A stretch of 64,000 bases of DNA, taken from the NCBI GenBank assembly GCA_029288805.1, contig JARIGO010000022.1, forward strand, positions 30,754 through 94,753, read 5' to 3'. Position numbers and translations under genes: made by a program. This document shows positions 49,595-58,999 of the stretch, in pieces. The number at the start of each line of letters is the position of its first letter. The first letter of the stretch is position 1. Under the pieces are notes generated by a model. It was given only the letters and a program-made list of their open reading frames with translations. It made no database searches and was not told where the DNA came from. Source of the stretch: Candidatus Nomurabacteria bacterium. GTDB taxonomy: Bacteria > Patescibacteriota > Minisyncoccia > Phycocordibacterales > UBA9973.

Positions 49595-50815
49595 ATGAAG
49601 CAACAACTACGCATAGGTATAGATATCGGAACGTCCATGACCCGAGTGGTGGCATGTGTTGATGACAGCGCTGGGGGTTTACCAAAAATCGCAGCAAGCA
49701 GTTCCGTAGAAAATACCGGCATGCGTCATGGATATATCACCAACCGTGATGAAGTAGCCCTAAGCCTGAGGCATGCATTGCAGGAAGTAGAAAAGGAGCT
49801 TGGCACAAAGATCAAAACTGCTGCCATTGCCATCGGTGGCGTTGGTATCTCTTCCGAGTATGCAATCGGCAACAGTATCTCTACTCGAGCGGACGGCATC
49901 ATCAGCAAGTTTGATATTGAAAAAGCCATTCAGGATGCCGAGGGTCACATTGATCTCAAAAACAAAACTATCCTTCAGGCCTTCCCCGTCATGTTCAAGG
50001 TTGATGGCAAGGAAATTCCTGCTCGCCCCGAAGGTATTGCCGGCAGCAAGCTTGAAGTAAAGACCCTTTTTATCACCTGTTACCAACAGCATCTTGATGA
50101 CCTTCTCGCAGTAGCACAAGAATGTGGTGTTCGTATCACTGGCTTCACTCCGACCCCCCTTGCTACGCAGAAATTATTGCTGACCGACCTGCAGCGCAAT
50201 TTTGGTTGTACCCTGATCGACATCGGCGCAGAGACTGTATCAGTATCTGTTTTTGAAAATAATGACCTGACATCCCTCTTTGTCTTTGGCATCGGCTCGC
50301 TTGATATTACAAAAGACATTGCCCTTGGTTTGCGCGTCACACCGGAAGAAGCGGAGAGTATCAAGCTTGGTACCGTATCATTCCAGAACACCCCAAAGAA
50401 AAAACTTGACGAGATCATCGAGGCACGCTTGTCTGACATCTTTGAGCTGGTAGACAAATATTTTAGAAAAATTGGACGCAGCGGATTGCTTCCTGCCGGA
50501 GCCATCATCATCGGCGGTGGTAGTCGCATGCAGCTCGTTGAGACCGTAGCAAAGAACATGCTTCGCACACCGGTAAAAGTAGCGCACGTAGACCTTCCTG
50601 GTACCAAAGGCCCAGTCAAAGACAATCGTCTCCTTGTTGCGTACAGTATCGCAACTTCCAATGAAGAACCACAGCAGAGCAGTACTAAGAACAGCAACAA
50701 AGGCAGCACAACTGGCAGCATTCGCCGCTCACTGAGCCATCTCACCATCAAGTCTCCCGAAGGTGACGGCATCATCGACAGCATCAAGGCATTTTTCAAA
50801 CAACTGATTCCATAG
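49595..50815 (+). CDS. ftsA: Cell division protein FtsA
   Basis: GIDIGTS, LIDIGAET, ITKDIA, AESIK and IIEARL motifs; upstream of ftsZ. Confidence 0.94.
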   Translation: MKQQLRIGIDIGTSMTRVVACVDDSAGGLPKIAASSSVENTGMRHGYITNRDEVALSLRHALQEVEKELGTKIKTAAIAIGGVGISSEYAIGNSISTRADGIISKFDIEKAIQDAEGHIDLKNKTILQAFPVMFKVDGKEIPARPEGIAGSKLEVKTLFITCYQQHLDDLLAVAQECGVRITGFTPTPLATQKLLLTDLQRNFGCTLIDIGAETVSVSVFENNDLTSLFVFGIGSLDITKDIALGLRVTPEEAESIKLGTVSFQNTPKKKLDEIIEARLSDIFELVDKYFRKIGRSGLLPAGAIIIGGGSRMQLVETVAKNMLRTPVKVAHVDLPGTKGPVKDNRLLVAYSIATSNEEPQQSSTKNSNKGSTTGSIRRSLSHLTIKSPEGDGIIDSIKAFFKQLIP

Positions 50816-50845
50816 AAAAACCTCCGAATTAATCGGAGGTTTTTT
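50816..50845. terminator. Bidirectional terminator
   Basis: AAAAACCTCCGA-ATTAA-TCGGAGGTTTTTT. Confidence 0.8.
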
Positions 50846-51011
50846 AATTTGGTTTTTCGTAAGGCGTAAGACGCCGTGTTTTTTTGAATAACCTTTTTAA
50901 GGGTCTTACAGTTTTTGTAATATGACCACCTCCAGATGTTAGAAGTGATATTGGGGTTGGATTACCGCATAGCTCAGATTCGTTAATCCCATAAGGTCTA
51001 AGAATGCTCAT
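50844..51011 (-). CDS. 55-aa orphan micro-protein between ftsA and ftsZ
   Basis: Hand-translated MSILRPYGINESELCGNPTPISLLTSGGGHITKTVRPLKRLFKKTRRLTPYEKPN; promoter TTGACG-N17-TATTTT at 51035-51063; stop lies in the terminator. Confidence 0.6.
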   Translation of the reverse strand: MSILRPYGINESELCGNPTPISLLTSGGGHITKTVRPLKRLFKKTRRLTPYEKPN

Positions 51012-51135
51012 AGCTTTTTAATTAGTTTAAATAAAAAATACCACTTTTATTGCCTATCGTCAATGTAATTGCCCTTTTGAAAGCATGTGGTACTATTCTG
51101 GGTATATAAATAGCCCGTGGAAGGGAGAGTGAAAT

Positions 51136-52347
51136 ATGCCAAAATTAAGCCCAGAAATTGAAACTGCCGCGCGCATCAAAGTTATTGGTGTCGGAGGCTC
51201 AGGCGGAAATGCCGTTAACCACATGATCGGAGGACGAGTTCGTTCCGTGGAATTTATCGTAATGAACACTGATGTGCAGGATTTGCATAAGTCATCAGCG
51301 GAAAAGAAGATTCACCTTGGTAAGAACCTTACGAAGGGTCTTGGTGCTGGAATGAATCCAGAAGTTGGTATGCGTGCTGCTGAGGAAACAAAGGCAGAGA
51401 TCCAAGACGCAGTAAAAGGTGCTGACATGGTCTTTATTGCTTGCGGTATGGGTGGTGGTACTGGTACTGGCGCCGCTCCAGTCGTAGCTCGCGCTGCAAA
51501 GGAACAAGGCATTCTCACTGTGGCTGTTGTTACCAAGCCATTCTTCTTCGAAGGCAATCAGCGCATGAAAATCGCTGAACGCGGCATTGAAGAACTTGAA
51601 TCTGAAGTAGACGCTATCATCGTTATTCCTAACGACCGTCTTTTGGCTATCGCCGGCAAGGACACTACATTCAAGGATGCATTCGCAAAGTGTGATGAAG
51701 TGCTTCGTCAGGCTGTTGAAGGCATCTCTGACCTTATCGCCTCTCCAGGTATCATCAACGTCGACTTCGCCGACATGAAGTCAGTGCTCACTGATGCTGG
51801 TACAGCATTGATGGGTGTTGGTTTTGCAAATGGTGACGGACGTGCAGAAAAGGCAGCTATTCAGGCTATCAACTCTCCGCTTCTTGATATCTCTATCAAC
51901 GGTGCTCGCGGCGTGCTCTTCGCCATCTCTTCCAACGACGACCTCACCATGCAGGAATTCCAGGATTCTGCGAAAGTTATCACTGAGTCTATCGACAAGG
52001 ACGCTCGCGTCATCATCGGTACCATCATGGACGACCGCATGAAGAAGGGTGAAATGAAGATCACCGTTATCGCTACTGGCTTTCCTACCGAAGGTACAAA
52101 GAAGCAAAACCTCTTTGGTACTAGTGCCCAGCAGATCTTCCAGCGTACCGCTGAAGCTCAGCCAACAGCGCAAGCTCCATTGCCACAACAGCAGGCAGCT
52201 CCTATGATTGAGCGCGAACAGCCGATTGTAAAACCAATGGTTCAAAAAGCTGATGTTCGTCCAGAACCTGAAACACTGGAACCAGAAATTGGTGACGAAG
52301 AAGATTGGGGTGCAATTCCGGCCTTCCTCCGAAGAAATAAGAAATAA
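51136..52347 (+). CDS. ftsZ: Cell division protein FtsZ
   Basis: GGGTGTG, INVDFAD and C-terminal IPAFLRR motifs. Confidence 0.98.
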   Translation: MPKLSPEIETAARIKVIGVGGSGGNAVNHMIGGRVRSVEFIVMNTDVQDLHKSSAEKKIHLGKNLTKGLGAGMNPEVGMRAAEETKAEIQDAVKGADMVFIACGMGGGTGTGAAPVVARAAKEQGILTVAVVTKPFFFEGNQRMKIAERGIEELESEVDAIIVIPNDRLLAIAGKDTTFKDAFAKCDEVLRQAVEGISDLIASPGIINVDFADMKSVLTDAGTALMGVGFANGDGRAEKAAIQAINSPLLDISINGARGVLFAISSNDDLTMQEFQDSAKVITESIDKDARVIIGTIMDDRMKKGEMKITVIATGFPTEGTKKQNLFGTSAQQIFQRTAEAQPTAQAPLPQQQAAPMIEREQPIVKPMVQKADVRPEPETLEPEIGDEEDWGAIPAFLRRNKK

Positions 52348-52348
52348 G

Positions 52349-52379
52349 AAAAAGCCATTCCTGACGGAATGGCTTTTTT
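52349..52379. terminator. Bidirectional terminator
   Basis: AAAAAGCCATTCC-TGAC-GGAATGGCTTTTTT. Confidence 0.8.
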
Positions 52380-52390
52380 GTTTGGTTGTC

Positions 52391-52798
52391 TTACCAAGGA
52401 TTTCCACAGCGTTTAAGCATTTCATTGTAATACTCCGCTGCTTCGGCTGCAGTATGACCTTCACTAATATCCGTGATCAAATCATTGGGATAAATTGAGA
52501 AGTTCCACAACTCCTCGTATTCAGAATCATTGTCTGCAGGATCCCAAAAGAACACCATCACTTCAATGCAGTCAGGATCTCCCGTCTTAAAGACGGAATA
52601 TACTCTAAGACCGTTCGACAACGCTCTATCTCGGTACAACGCATTGGATATGTTTTGCCTTATAAGACGGTCTCGTAACAATGAGTAGTCCTTGCTTTCA
52701 ATCGGCACGTGCTGATTGGCAGGTTGGATGATTTTTTGAGAACAGGATGTGGCTATAATACAAACTAGTACCAAAACCACGATTGTACTTTTTTTCAT
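52391..52798 (-). CDS. Lipoprotein-like orphan
   Basis: MKKS, hydrophobic core, then ATSC; upstream AAGGAGG. Confidence 0.65.
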   Translation of the reverse strand: MKKSTIVVLVLVCIIATSCSQKIIQPANQHVPIESKDYSLLRDRLIRQNISNALYRDRALSNGLRVYSVFKTGDPDCIEVMVFFWDPADNDSEYEELWNFSIYPNDLITDISEGHTAAEAAEYYNEMLKRCGNPW

Positions 52799-52908
52799 GG
52801 ACGGATACCCTCCTTCGGTATGGTTTTACTTTTTATCATTGTGCCATATTTTATTTTTTATGAAAAATATAAAAAGCCGACACGCGTACGTATCGGCTTT
52901 TCGTAGGC

Positions 52909-53049
52909 CTAACACTGAAAACCATAGAGCCTGAGTTCTTTGGCACCGCTGACGTCCCTGGTTGATTTAAACTTCTTCGCAGGTTTTGGTTGTTTCCCGT
53001 TAATTTTAACTGTGGGTTGTGGCTGATTGGGAATGTATTTCTTGTCCAT
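52909..53049 (-). CDS. 46-aa basic, proline-rich micro-protein
   Basis: MDKKYIPNQPQPTVKINGKQPKPAKKFKSTRDVSGAKELRLYGFQC; promoter TTGACA-N17-TAAAGT at 53067-53095; terminator at 52871-52901. Confidence 0.6.
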   Translation of the reverse strand: MDKKYIPNQPQPTVKINGKQPKPAKKFKSTRDVSGAKELRLYGFQC

Positions 53050-53133
53050 AATAAAAGGTTTTTATTACTTTACTGCTACTACAAAAAAGTGTCAATTATT
53101 CCTACTTCTGGACAGGTGGAGTATAATGAATCC

Positions 53134-54063
53134 ATGAATTACGATCTGATTATTATTGGGGGCGCGCCGGCAGGTGTGGCTGGAGCTGTATATGCCGCTC
53201 GAAAACGCTTGAACACATTGGTTATTGCAGAGGAAATTGGCGGACAGTCAGCGGTGTCTGACACTATTTATAACTGGATCGGTACGCCTGAGATCAGTGG
53301 CCAGGGCCTGGCTGACAGTTTGAAGGCTCATTTGGAATACTACACAAAAAATGACAACACTCTTACCCTATCATTGGGTCATCGTGCTACAGCCGTTGCA
53401 AAAATTGACGGTGGATTTTCTGTGACCACAGACAAGGAAACGCACACGGCCAAAAGCGTGCTTATCGCTACCGGTTCTCGTCATCGTCACCTTGAAGTGC
53501 CGGGTGCCGCGGATTTTGAACACAAGGGTATTTTGTACTGTGCTACGTGTGACGGCCCGCTCTTTTCCGGCCAGCCTGTTGCCGTTGTTGGCGGTGGCAA
53601 CGCCGCACTTGAAGCAGTGCTACAGCTTTCTGAATACGCCTCCCATGTGACACTGCTGCATCGCCGCAATGAGTTTCGCGCAGACGCTATTACCGTAGAA
53701 AAAGTGCAGCAGCTTTCCAATGCCACTATCCTTACCAATGTCACACTGACCCACGTTACCGGCTCAGCCTTTGTTGGTGGATTGAAATACAAAAACAATG
53801 GAGACGACACCGAGCAAGAACTCGCCGTTAATGCGGTCTTCGTAGAAATCGGACAATTGCCAAATACCGACATTGTGAAGGATGTCGTTACCCTTGATGA
53901 ATACAACAAGGTCGTGGTTGACCCTACCAATCAGCGCAGTAGCGTTCTTGGCATTTGGGCGGCTGGTGATTGTACAAACGGCCTGTACCACCAAAATAAC
54001 ATTGCTGCCGGTGATGCAGTGAAGGCTATTGAGGATCTGTATATCTGGCTAAAGAAAAACTAA
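53134..54063 (+). CDS. trxB: Thioredoxin reductase (TrxB/AhpF C-terminal-like)
   Basis: IIGGAPAG, CATCDG, VGGGNAA and AAGD motifs. Confidence 0.9.
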   Translation: MNYDLIIIGGAPAGVAGAVYAARKRLNTLVIAEEIGGQSAVSDTIYNWIGTPEISGQGLADSLKAHLEYYTKNDNTLTLSLGHRATAVAKIDGGFSVTTDKETHTAKSVLIATGSRHRHLEVPGAADFEHKGILYCATCDGPLFSGQPVAVVGGGNAALEAVLQLSEYASHVTLLHRRNEFRADAITVEKVQQLSNATILTNVTLTHVTGSAFVGGLKYKNNGDDTEQELAVNAVFVEIGQLPNTDIVKDVVTLDEYNKVVVDPTNQRSSVLGIWAAGDCTNGLYHQNNIAAGDAVKAIEDLYIWLKKN

Positions 54064-54064
54064 C

Positions 54065-54676
54065 ATGTCGGCATCGCTGATCCATTTCATAACAGCGTAC
54101 GGGTATTGGGCAATTTTTTGGCTTATCTTTCTGCAGGAAATCGGCGTACCAAACCCTGTATCAAATGAATTCGTCTTGCTCTTTTCTGGATCATTGGCCT
54201 TCACCGGCTTGCTATCATTCCCTTTTATTTTTTTGACTGCAGTATTTGCGGATGTCCTTGGCGCTGCAGTGCTGTACGTAGTATTTTATTTCTTTGGCTC
54301 AGCCATCGTCAGGCATAAGCCGAAATGGCTGCCCATATCAGAAAAAAATATTGAACAACTGAAAAAGCCTCTCTCCAAATATGGCATGGGCGGTATTTTC
54401 CTCGGAAGAATGCTTCCTTTTGCACGTGGCTATGCCGCAGTGGCTGCAGGATTGTTAAACATCAAGCCGGTGAAGTTTGCCATGGCAGTCGTTGCTTCGG
54501 CACTGGTGTGGAGTGGAGGCTTCGTAACGCTTGGAGCCATTTTTGGTAAGTACTGGATACGGGTGGCAAATACAGCAGGAGGCATTGAGAAGGTATTTTT
54601 GGCCGCAATACTGCTCACTGTACTATTATTTATAATAAGGTATGCTGTAGCCAAATATAGATCTAGAAAGAAATAG
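54065..54676 (+). CDS. DedA-family membrane protein
   Basis: E.GVPNP..E and GRMLPFAR....AAG motifs. Confidence 0.88.
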   Translation: MSASLIHFITAYGYWAIFWLIFLQEIGVPNPVSNEFVLLFSGSLAFTGLLSFPFIFLTAVFADVLGAAVLYVVFYFFGSAIVRHKPKWLPISEKNIEQLKKPLSKYGMGGIFLGRMLPFARGYAAVAAGLLNIKPVKFAMAVVASALVWSGGFVTLGAIFGKYWIRVANTAGGIEKVFLAAILLTVLLFIIRYAVAKYRSRKK

Positions 54677-54679
54677 CAT

Positions 54680-55447
54680 ATGAAATTTTCAATCATTATT
54701 CCTGCTCTAAACGAAGAAAAGATGATAGGACAAGCTCTTCAGGCCATTTTGACCCAAACGCACCAAGACTATGAAATCATAGTGGTAGATAACAACTCTA
54801 CCGATAACACTGCGTCCATTGTGGCATCATATGCGCAACAACATCAAAAAGTACGCCTCATTCCCTGTCCTTTGCAAGGACTGCTGAATGCCAGAAATGC
54901 CGGCTTGCAGGCCGCTACCGGTGACATTATCGCTCAGCTTGATGCCGATAATGTCCCTCACTCTTATTGGTTGGAACATGCTCACCGTCATTTTGTGGAC
55001 AACAGCCACATCGCTGCAGCCATTGGCGCATATGACTACGCTGACGCAATACAACGTCTGGGTGTGTTTCAAGGCATAGCGTTACGGTACGTAGGCTTTC
55101 TATCACAATCTCTCTTTTTTACCGTCGGTAATTACTACGTTCAAAAAAGAAAGTACGGTGCACTCATGCTAGGAGGAAATGCCTTTATTAAAAAAGAAGC
55201 ACTCCAAGCTGTTGGCGGATACAATACCAGCCATACCTTCTACAACGAAGACTTGGTCACCGCTAGTGCTATTGCAACAGTTGGGTATGTGAAATTCTTT
55301 TTTGACCTGACAGTCAAGACATCAGCTCGAAGGCATGCGGAAGTAGGGTTTTGGAAACTGCAAAAGCGCTACAACGTCGGAACGTTTGATGTCCTGAGAG
55401 GCAGAACTATCACGAACCAAGAGGAGGAACACTATCATCCTCACTAA
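54680..55447 (+). CDS. Glycosyltransferase family 2
   Basis: SIIIPALNEE, VDNNSTD, ARNAG, DAD, ED and TSARR motifs. Confidence 0.92.
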   Translation: MKFSIIIPALNEEKMIGQALQAILTQTHQDYEIIVVDNNSTDNTASIVASYAQQHQKVRLIPCPLQGLLNARNAGLQAATGDIIAQLDADNVPHSYWLEHAHRHFVDNSHIAAAIGAYDYADAIQRLGVFQGIALRYVGFLSQSLFFTVGNYYVQKRKYGALMLGGNAFIKKEALQAVGGYNTSHTFYNEDLVTASAIATVGYVKFFFDLTVKTSARRHAEVGFWKLQKRYNVGTFDVLRGRTITNQEEEHYHPH

Positions 55448-55471
55448 TCTCCACACTGTGGAGATTTTTTT
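55446..55471. terminator. Terminator between convergent genes
   Basis: AATCTCCAC-ACT-GTGGAGATTTTTTT. Confidence 0.7.
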
Positions 55472-56273
55472 ATATAAAAAATATATTTCGTAACAGTGAC
55501 ACTACGGTCAATGGACCGACACCGCCAGGCACCGGTGTGTACAAGAACGCCTTGTCAGCGCATGCAGGGTCTATATCCCCAACCAATTTTCCTGATTGCT
55601 CACTGGTTCCCGCATCAATAAGCACTACGCCCTCCTTTACCATGTCGGGAGTAATGCCATGAGGCACTCCGGTACCGGAAATGACAACGTCTGCCCCAAG
55701 CAGTGCGGCGCGTTTTTTGTCTTCAGGAGTTTCCATATCGATCCACGTATAACGAAGCTCCTGTCGATCAAGCATCATGGCAATTGGCTCTCCTACCAGT
55801 CTGCCCTTGCCAAGCACAACGATGTTCTTGCCAATCAGTATCACTTTGTGATGCCATAGTATTTCCTGTACCGCAGCGGCAACCGGGGGCGTACGTTCGG
55901 TCGTGGCATTACGATAATGCACTTTTGCATCCTCGCTGAGCATATCAATGTCATATGAAGTATCGATGCTATCAATGACCAAGTCGGTATCGATACCAGC
56001 AGGTAACGGCAACTGCACGACGATACCGTCGTACTGCTGTTCCATAGCTTCTGCCACTACAGCCAAAGCCTCAACGGTATCAGAACTGTCCTTTTGTACA
56101 TGTACCGCTTCAATGCCCACCTGCCGAGCAAGCTTCATTTTCATGCCAACAAAGCTCGTACTGGCGGCATCAGTACCAAACTGAATAAAACACACACGCT
56201 TGCTGTTTTTCTGAGCAAGCGCTGTTAGCTCCTTCACTATTGCCTCTTTTATTTCTGCGGTATTAGTTGTCAT
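55470..56273 (-). CDS. folD: Methylene-THF dehydrogenase/cyclohydrolase FolD (divergent)
   Basis: GIVVQLPLP, G.G.LVG.P, IDAG and TPVPGGVGPLTV motifs. Confidence 0.9.
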   Translation of the reverse strand: MTTNTAEIKEAIVKELTALAQKNSKRVCFIQFGTDAASTSFVGMKMKLARQVGIEAVHVQKDSSDTVEALAVVAEAMEQQYDGIVVQLPLPAGIDTDLVIDSIDTSYDIDMLSEDAKVHYRNATTERTPPVAAAVQEILWHHKVILIGKNIVVLGKGRLVGEPIAMMLDRQELRYTWIDMETPEDKKRAALLGADVVISGTGVPHGITPDMVKEGVVLIDAGTSEQSGKLVGDIDPACADKAFLYTPVPGGVGPLTVVSLLRNIFFI

Positions 56274-57435
56274 GAATATTCTTTCTTAAAATGCTATCAA
56301 TGCGCTCGGCCAAGGCCAGCATATCATCAGTCGTCTTGCCTCGTGTCGTTTCCGCTGCAGTACCAATGCGAATGCCTGAAGGGTCATTGGGTGTTTTGGT
56401 ATCAAATGGAATGGTGTTTTTATTTACAATGACCCCCTCCTTTTCCAATGCATCGCTTGCGTCCTTGCCTGATATGCCACCAATCCAGGTATCGACGAGG
56501 AATAAGTGCGTATCTGTTCCTCCTGAAATGATACGCCAGCCTTTTTCCTGCAAAGCCTGAGACAGTGTCTGGGCATTATTAATAACCTGTTGGGCATACA
56601 CACCAAACTCTGGCTGAGCTGCTTCATAGAGCGCCACGGCGATGCCAGCGATGGTATTCATGTGAGGACCGCCCTGTAAGCCTGGAAAGACTGCCTTGTT
56701 GATTTTTTCACTGTATGCCTTACGAGAAAAAATCAGCGCTCCACGCGGACCACGCAAGGTCTTGTGCGTAGTCATCATCACCGTATCCGCATACGCAAAT
56801 GGACTTGGATACACCCCACCAGCAATCAGTCCCGCTATGTGTGAAGCATCGACGTGCAGCAACGCTCCACTTTCATCTGCAATGGCACGCAAGGCATCCC
56901 AATCAATGATACGTGAGTATGCGGTATATCCGGCTACAATGACATTTGGTTTTTCCTGCAATGCAATGGCACGCAACGCATCATGATCAAGCACTTCCGT
57001 TTCCTGGTCTACTTCATACGCAATCTGCTTCCACCATTTCCCTGTTTGTGACACTTTGTGGCCGTGCGTAAGGTGTCCACCATGATCGAGCCGTAGGCCC
57101 ATAATGCTTCCTCCTTCAGGTACCAGTGCCGCATAGACAGCGAGATTGGCAGGTGATCCGGACAATGCCTGAACGTTAACTGACCATTCATCAGGAGAAA
57201 GGCTAAAGAGTTTCAATGCCCGCTGCTGCGCCAAGACTTCCAACGTATCCATGTGCTCATTACCGCCATAGTATCGCGCACCAGGATAGCCTTCCGCATA
57301 TTTGTTGGTCAACGTACTTCCCAGTGCCGTCATGACATCCTCCGAAACGTAATTCTCAGACGCAATCAAATTGACGTCTTGTTCCTGACGCTTGGCTTCG
57401 TACTGTAGCAATAGTTGTACGTCTGTATCCTTCAT
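56263..57435 (-). CDS. glyA: Serine hydroxymethyltransferase
   Basis: LIASENY, NKYAEGYPGARYYGG and TTHKTLRGPRG motifs. Confidence 0.97.
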   Translation of the reverse strand: MKDTDVQLLLQYEAKRQEQDVNLIASENYVSEDVMTALGSTLTNKYAEGYPGARYYGGNEHMDTLEVLAQQRALKLFSLSPDEWSVNVQALSGSPANLAVYAALVPEGGSIMGLRLDHGGHLTHGHKVSQTGKWWKQIAYEVDQETEVLDHDALRAIALQEKPNVIVAGYTAYSRIIDWDALRAIADESGALLHVDASHIAGLIAGGVYPSPFAYADTVMMTTHKTLRGPRGALIFSRKAYSEKINKAVFPGLQGGPHMNTIAGIAVALYEAAQPEFGVYAQQVINNAQTLSQALQEKGWRIISGGTDTHLFLVDTWIGGISGKDASDALEKEGVIVNKNTIPFDTKTPNDPSGIRIGTAAETTRGKTTDDMLALAERIDSILRKNIHDN

Positions 57436-57447
57436 TGGAGTAATGAT

Positions 57448-58335
57448 TTATCGAGGGAAAATATCGAGCAATTCGTTTGACTGGTAGAACAATGTACCAA
57501 GCTCGCCAAAGGCATATTGCTGACCACCGAGCGTAATGGTAGAACCCGCAACCTTAGGATTGGCATTTGGGTGTGAGGCACCAAATCCAATATTAAAGAG
57601 CGTTACCACGACATCCGGACGAGCGGTAACGTCATATCCAGACGCAGCCCATTGCGCTTCAATTTCCTTGATGAAGACCGCCGTATACAAATATGAGTAA
57701 TAGTGGTTGTGTGCATCAGTAAGACGGTTGTACAAGGTACTGTCATGATCTGCACCTGCAGGATATGCCAAGAGCGGTGCAATATTTGGACCAGGATAAA
57801 ACGGTGAGCTTGGATCGTTGGCATAGTTTTCGATCTGCGTAGCAGTATCCTGCTTGATGCCGGACACTCCCAATGAGAACTTGGACAATGAGGAAAGAAT
57901 CTTTAACGGTTCAAAATATTTCTTGAAACTTTCGCGGTTGGAAGTGAAATATCGCAATTGCTCCGGTATGACTGCAGCGGCAATCATGCGCTCTGGCACG
58001 CCCGTCTGACTTGAAACCTGCTCCAAGACACTGCCGTCTTTTGTGAGCGCATTCTGCAAGACATTCCATTCCTCGGTCTGATCCCAGTCACATGTCTTTG
58101 GCGTCTTGCCATTCACTGCCTGACAGGTGCTCGTCACTGTTGTGTTGGGCACAGCACCAAGAGAAACATTACGAACAGCGCTGGAGCCACGAACATTAAA
58201 GAGTCCGTACTGCATTGCCACAAAGACACCGGCAAAGACCAAACCGATGAACGCGAATAGCAGGATGATGATAAATACATAGCGGCGGATGCCAAACTTA
58301 GTATTGAGCCAGGAGAATGGGCGGAATTTTTTCAT
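57448..58335 (-). CDS. Membrane-anchored protein, possible lysozyme/SLT-like fold
   Basis: N-terminal TM helix; GVP..MIAAAVIPEQ followed by SLGVSGIK..TA. Confidence 0.6.
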   Translation of the reverse strand: MKKFRPFSWLNTKFGIRRYVFIIILLFAFIGLVFAGVFVAMQYGLFNVRGSSAVRNVSLGAVPNTTVTSTCQAVNGKTPKTCDWDQTEEWNVLQNALTKDGSVLEQVSSQTGVPERMIAAAVIPEQLRYFTSNRESFKKYFEPLKILSSLSKFSLGVSGIKQDTATQIENYANDPSSPFYPGPNIAPLLAYPAGADHDSTLYNRLTDAHNHYYSYLYTAVFIKEIEAQWAASGYDVTARPDVVVTLFNIGFGASHPNANPKVAGSTITLGGQQYAFGELGTLFYQSNELLDIFPR

Positions 58336-58363
58336 GCAGACACTATACCAAAGATACCCGTAT

Positions 58364-58479
58364 AAAAAAAGAAAAGCCTTTCCAAAGGAAAGGCTTTTTA
58401 ATATAACTATATAGTGAAGGTATTCAATCCGAAGAGTGAATACCGTGATTGCGAAAAGAACAGATTAAAGAACTTTTAT
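58364..58479 (-). ncRNA. Candidate ~115-nt small RNA
   Basis: Promoter TTGACA-N17-TACATT at 58486-58514, no ATG in the transcript, internal GGTATTCA/TGAATACC stem and a terminator at 58372-58399. Confidence 0.45.
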
Positions 58480-58566
58480 ATCTATAATGTATCAGATAGA
58501 ATGCAATTTGTCAAGGGCATTTTTAGGCAAAGGAAATGGCCCGGTTACTACGTAACCGGGCCGTGC

Positions 58567-58920
58567 TCACGACAACACTTCCCACACGCCGAAGATCGTG
58601 GAGAGCTTGTTTAGAATTGTCAGGTGGTGTTTTTGAACAAACCGTTTTATGTGTGGTTCCGCTTGGGCCACATACACAATGAACTTGCCGCGGTAGGTCT
58701 TATGAATTTCTGCATAGAATTCTTCCAAAGAAGGATTGCTATCATCAAATTCTACTTCAAACATGACAGACGTAACGTTCACGGCGGACAACACTGCCTC
58801 CGCTTCCCTAACTGTAGAAACGACGTGAATGTCATCGTTTGGCATGTACCTACGCAGGTCAGCTACAAACTTTTCAAACGGGGTCTTGCTAAAAAACAGG
58901 ACAACTTTTTTCTTTTGCAT
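58567..58920 (-). CDS. Small alpha/beta protein (degenerate receiver-like)
   Basis: 117 aa with its own promoter and an 11-bp hairpin at 58538-58562. Confidence 0.6.
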   Translation of the reverse strand: MQKKKVVLFFSKTPFEKFVADLRRYMPNDDIHVVSTVREAEAVLSAVNVTSVMFEVEFDDSNPSLEEFYAEIHKTYRGKFIVYVAQAEPHIKRFVQKHHLTILNKLSTIFGVWEVLS

Positions 58921-58939
58921 AATATAAAAACTTTTCTTT

Positions 58940-58984
58940 AGTATATATCAGATTTATTGACAAGTCAATATAGTGTGTTAAAGT
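58940..58984. promoter_or_regulatory. Divergent promoters with abutting -35 boxes
   Basis: TATTGAC-AA-GTCAATA supplies TTGACA (+) and TTGACT (-); the -10 boxes are TAAAGT and TATACT. Confidence 0.65.
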
Positions 58985-58999
58985 AAGAAAAACATTCAA

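Noticed and set aside
50080-52464. Long antisense ORFs (50080-50799 and 51781-52464)
   Set aside because: They are shadow frames of ftsA and ftsZ with no motifs or expression signals, as are most short overlapping ORFs in the track.
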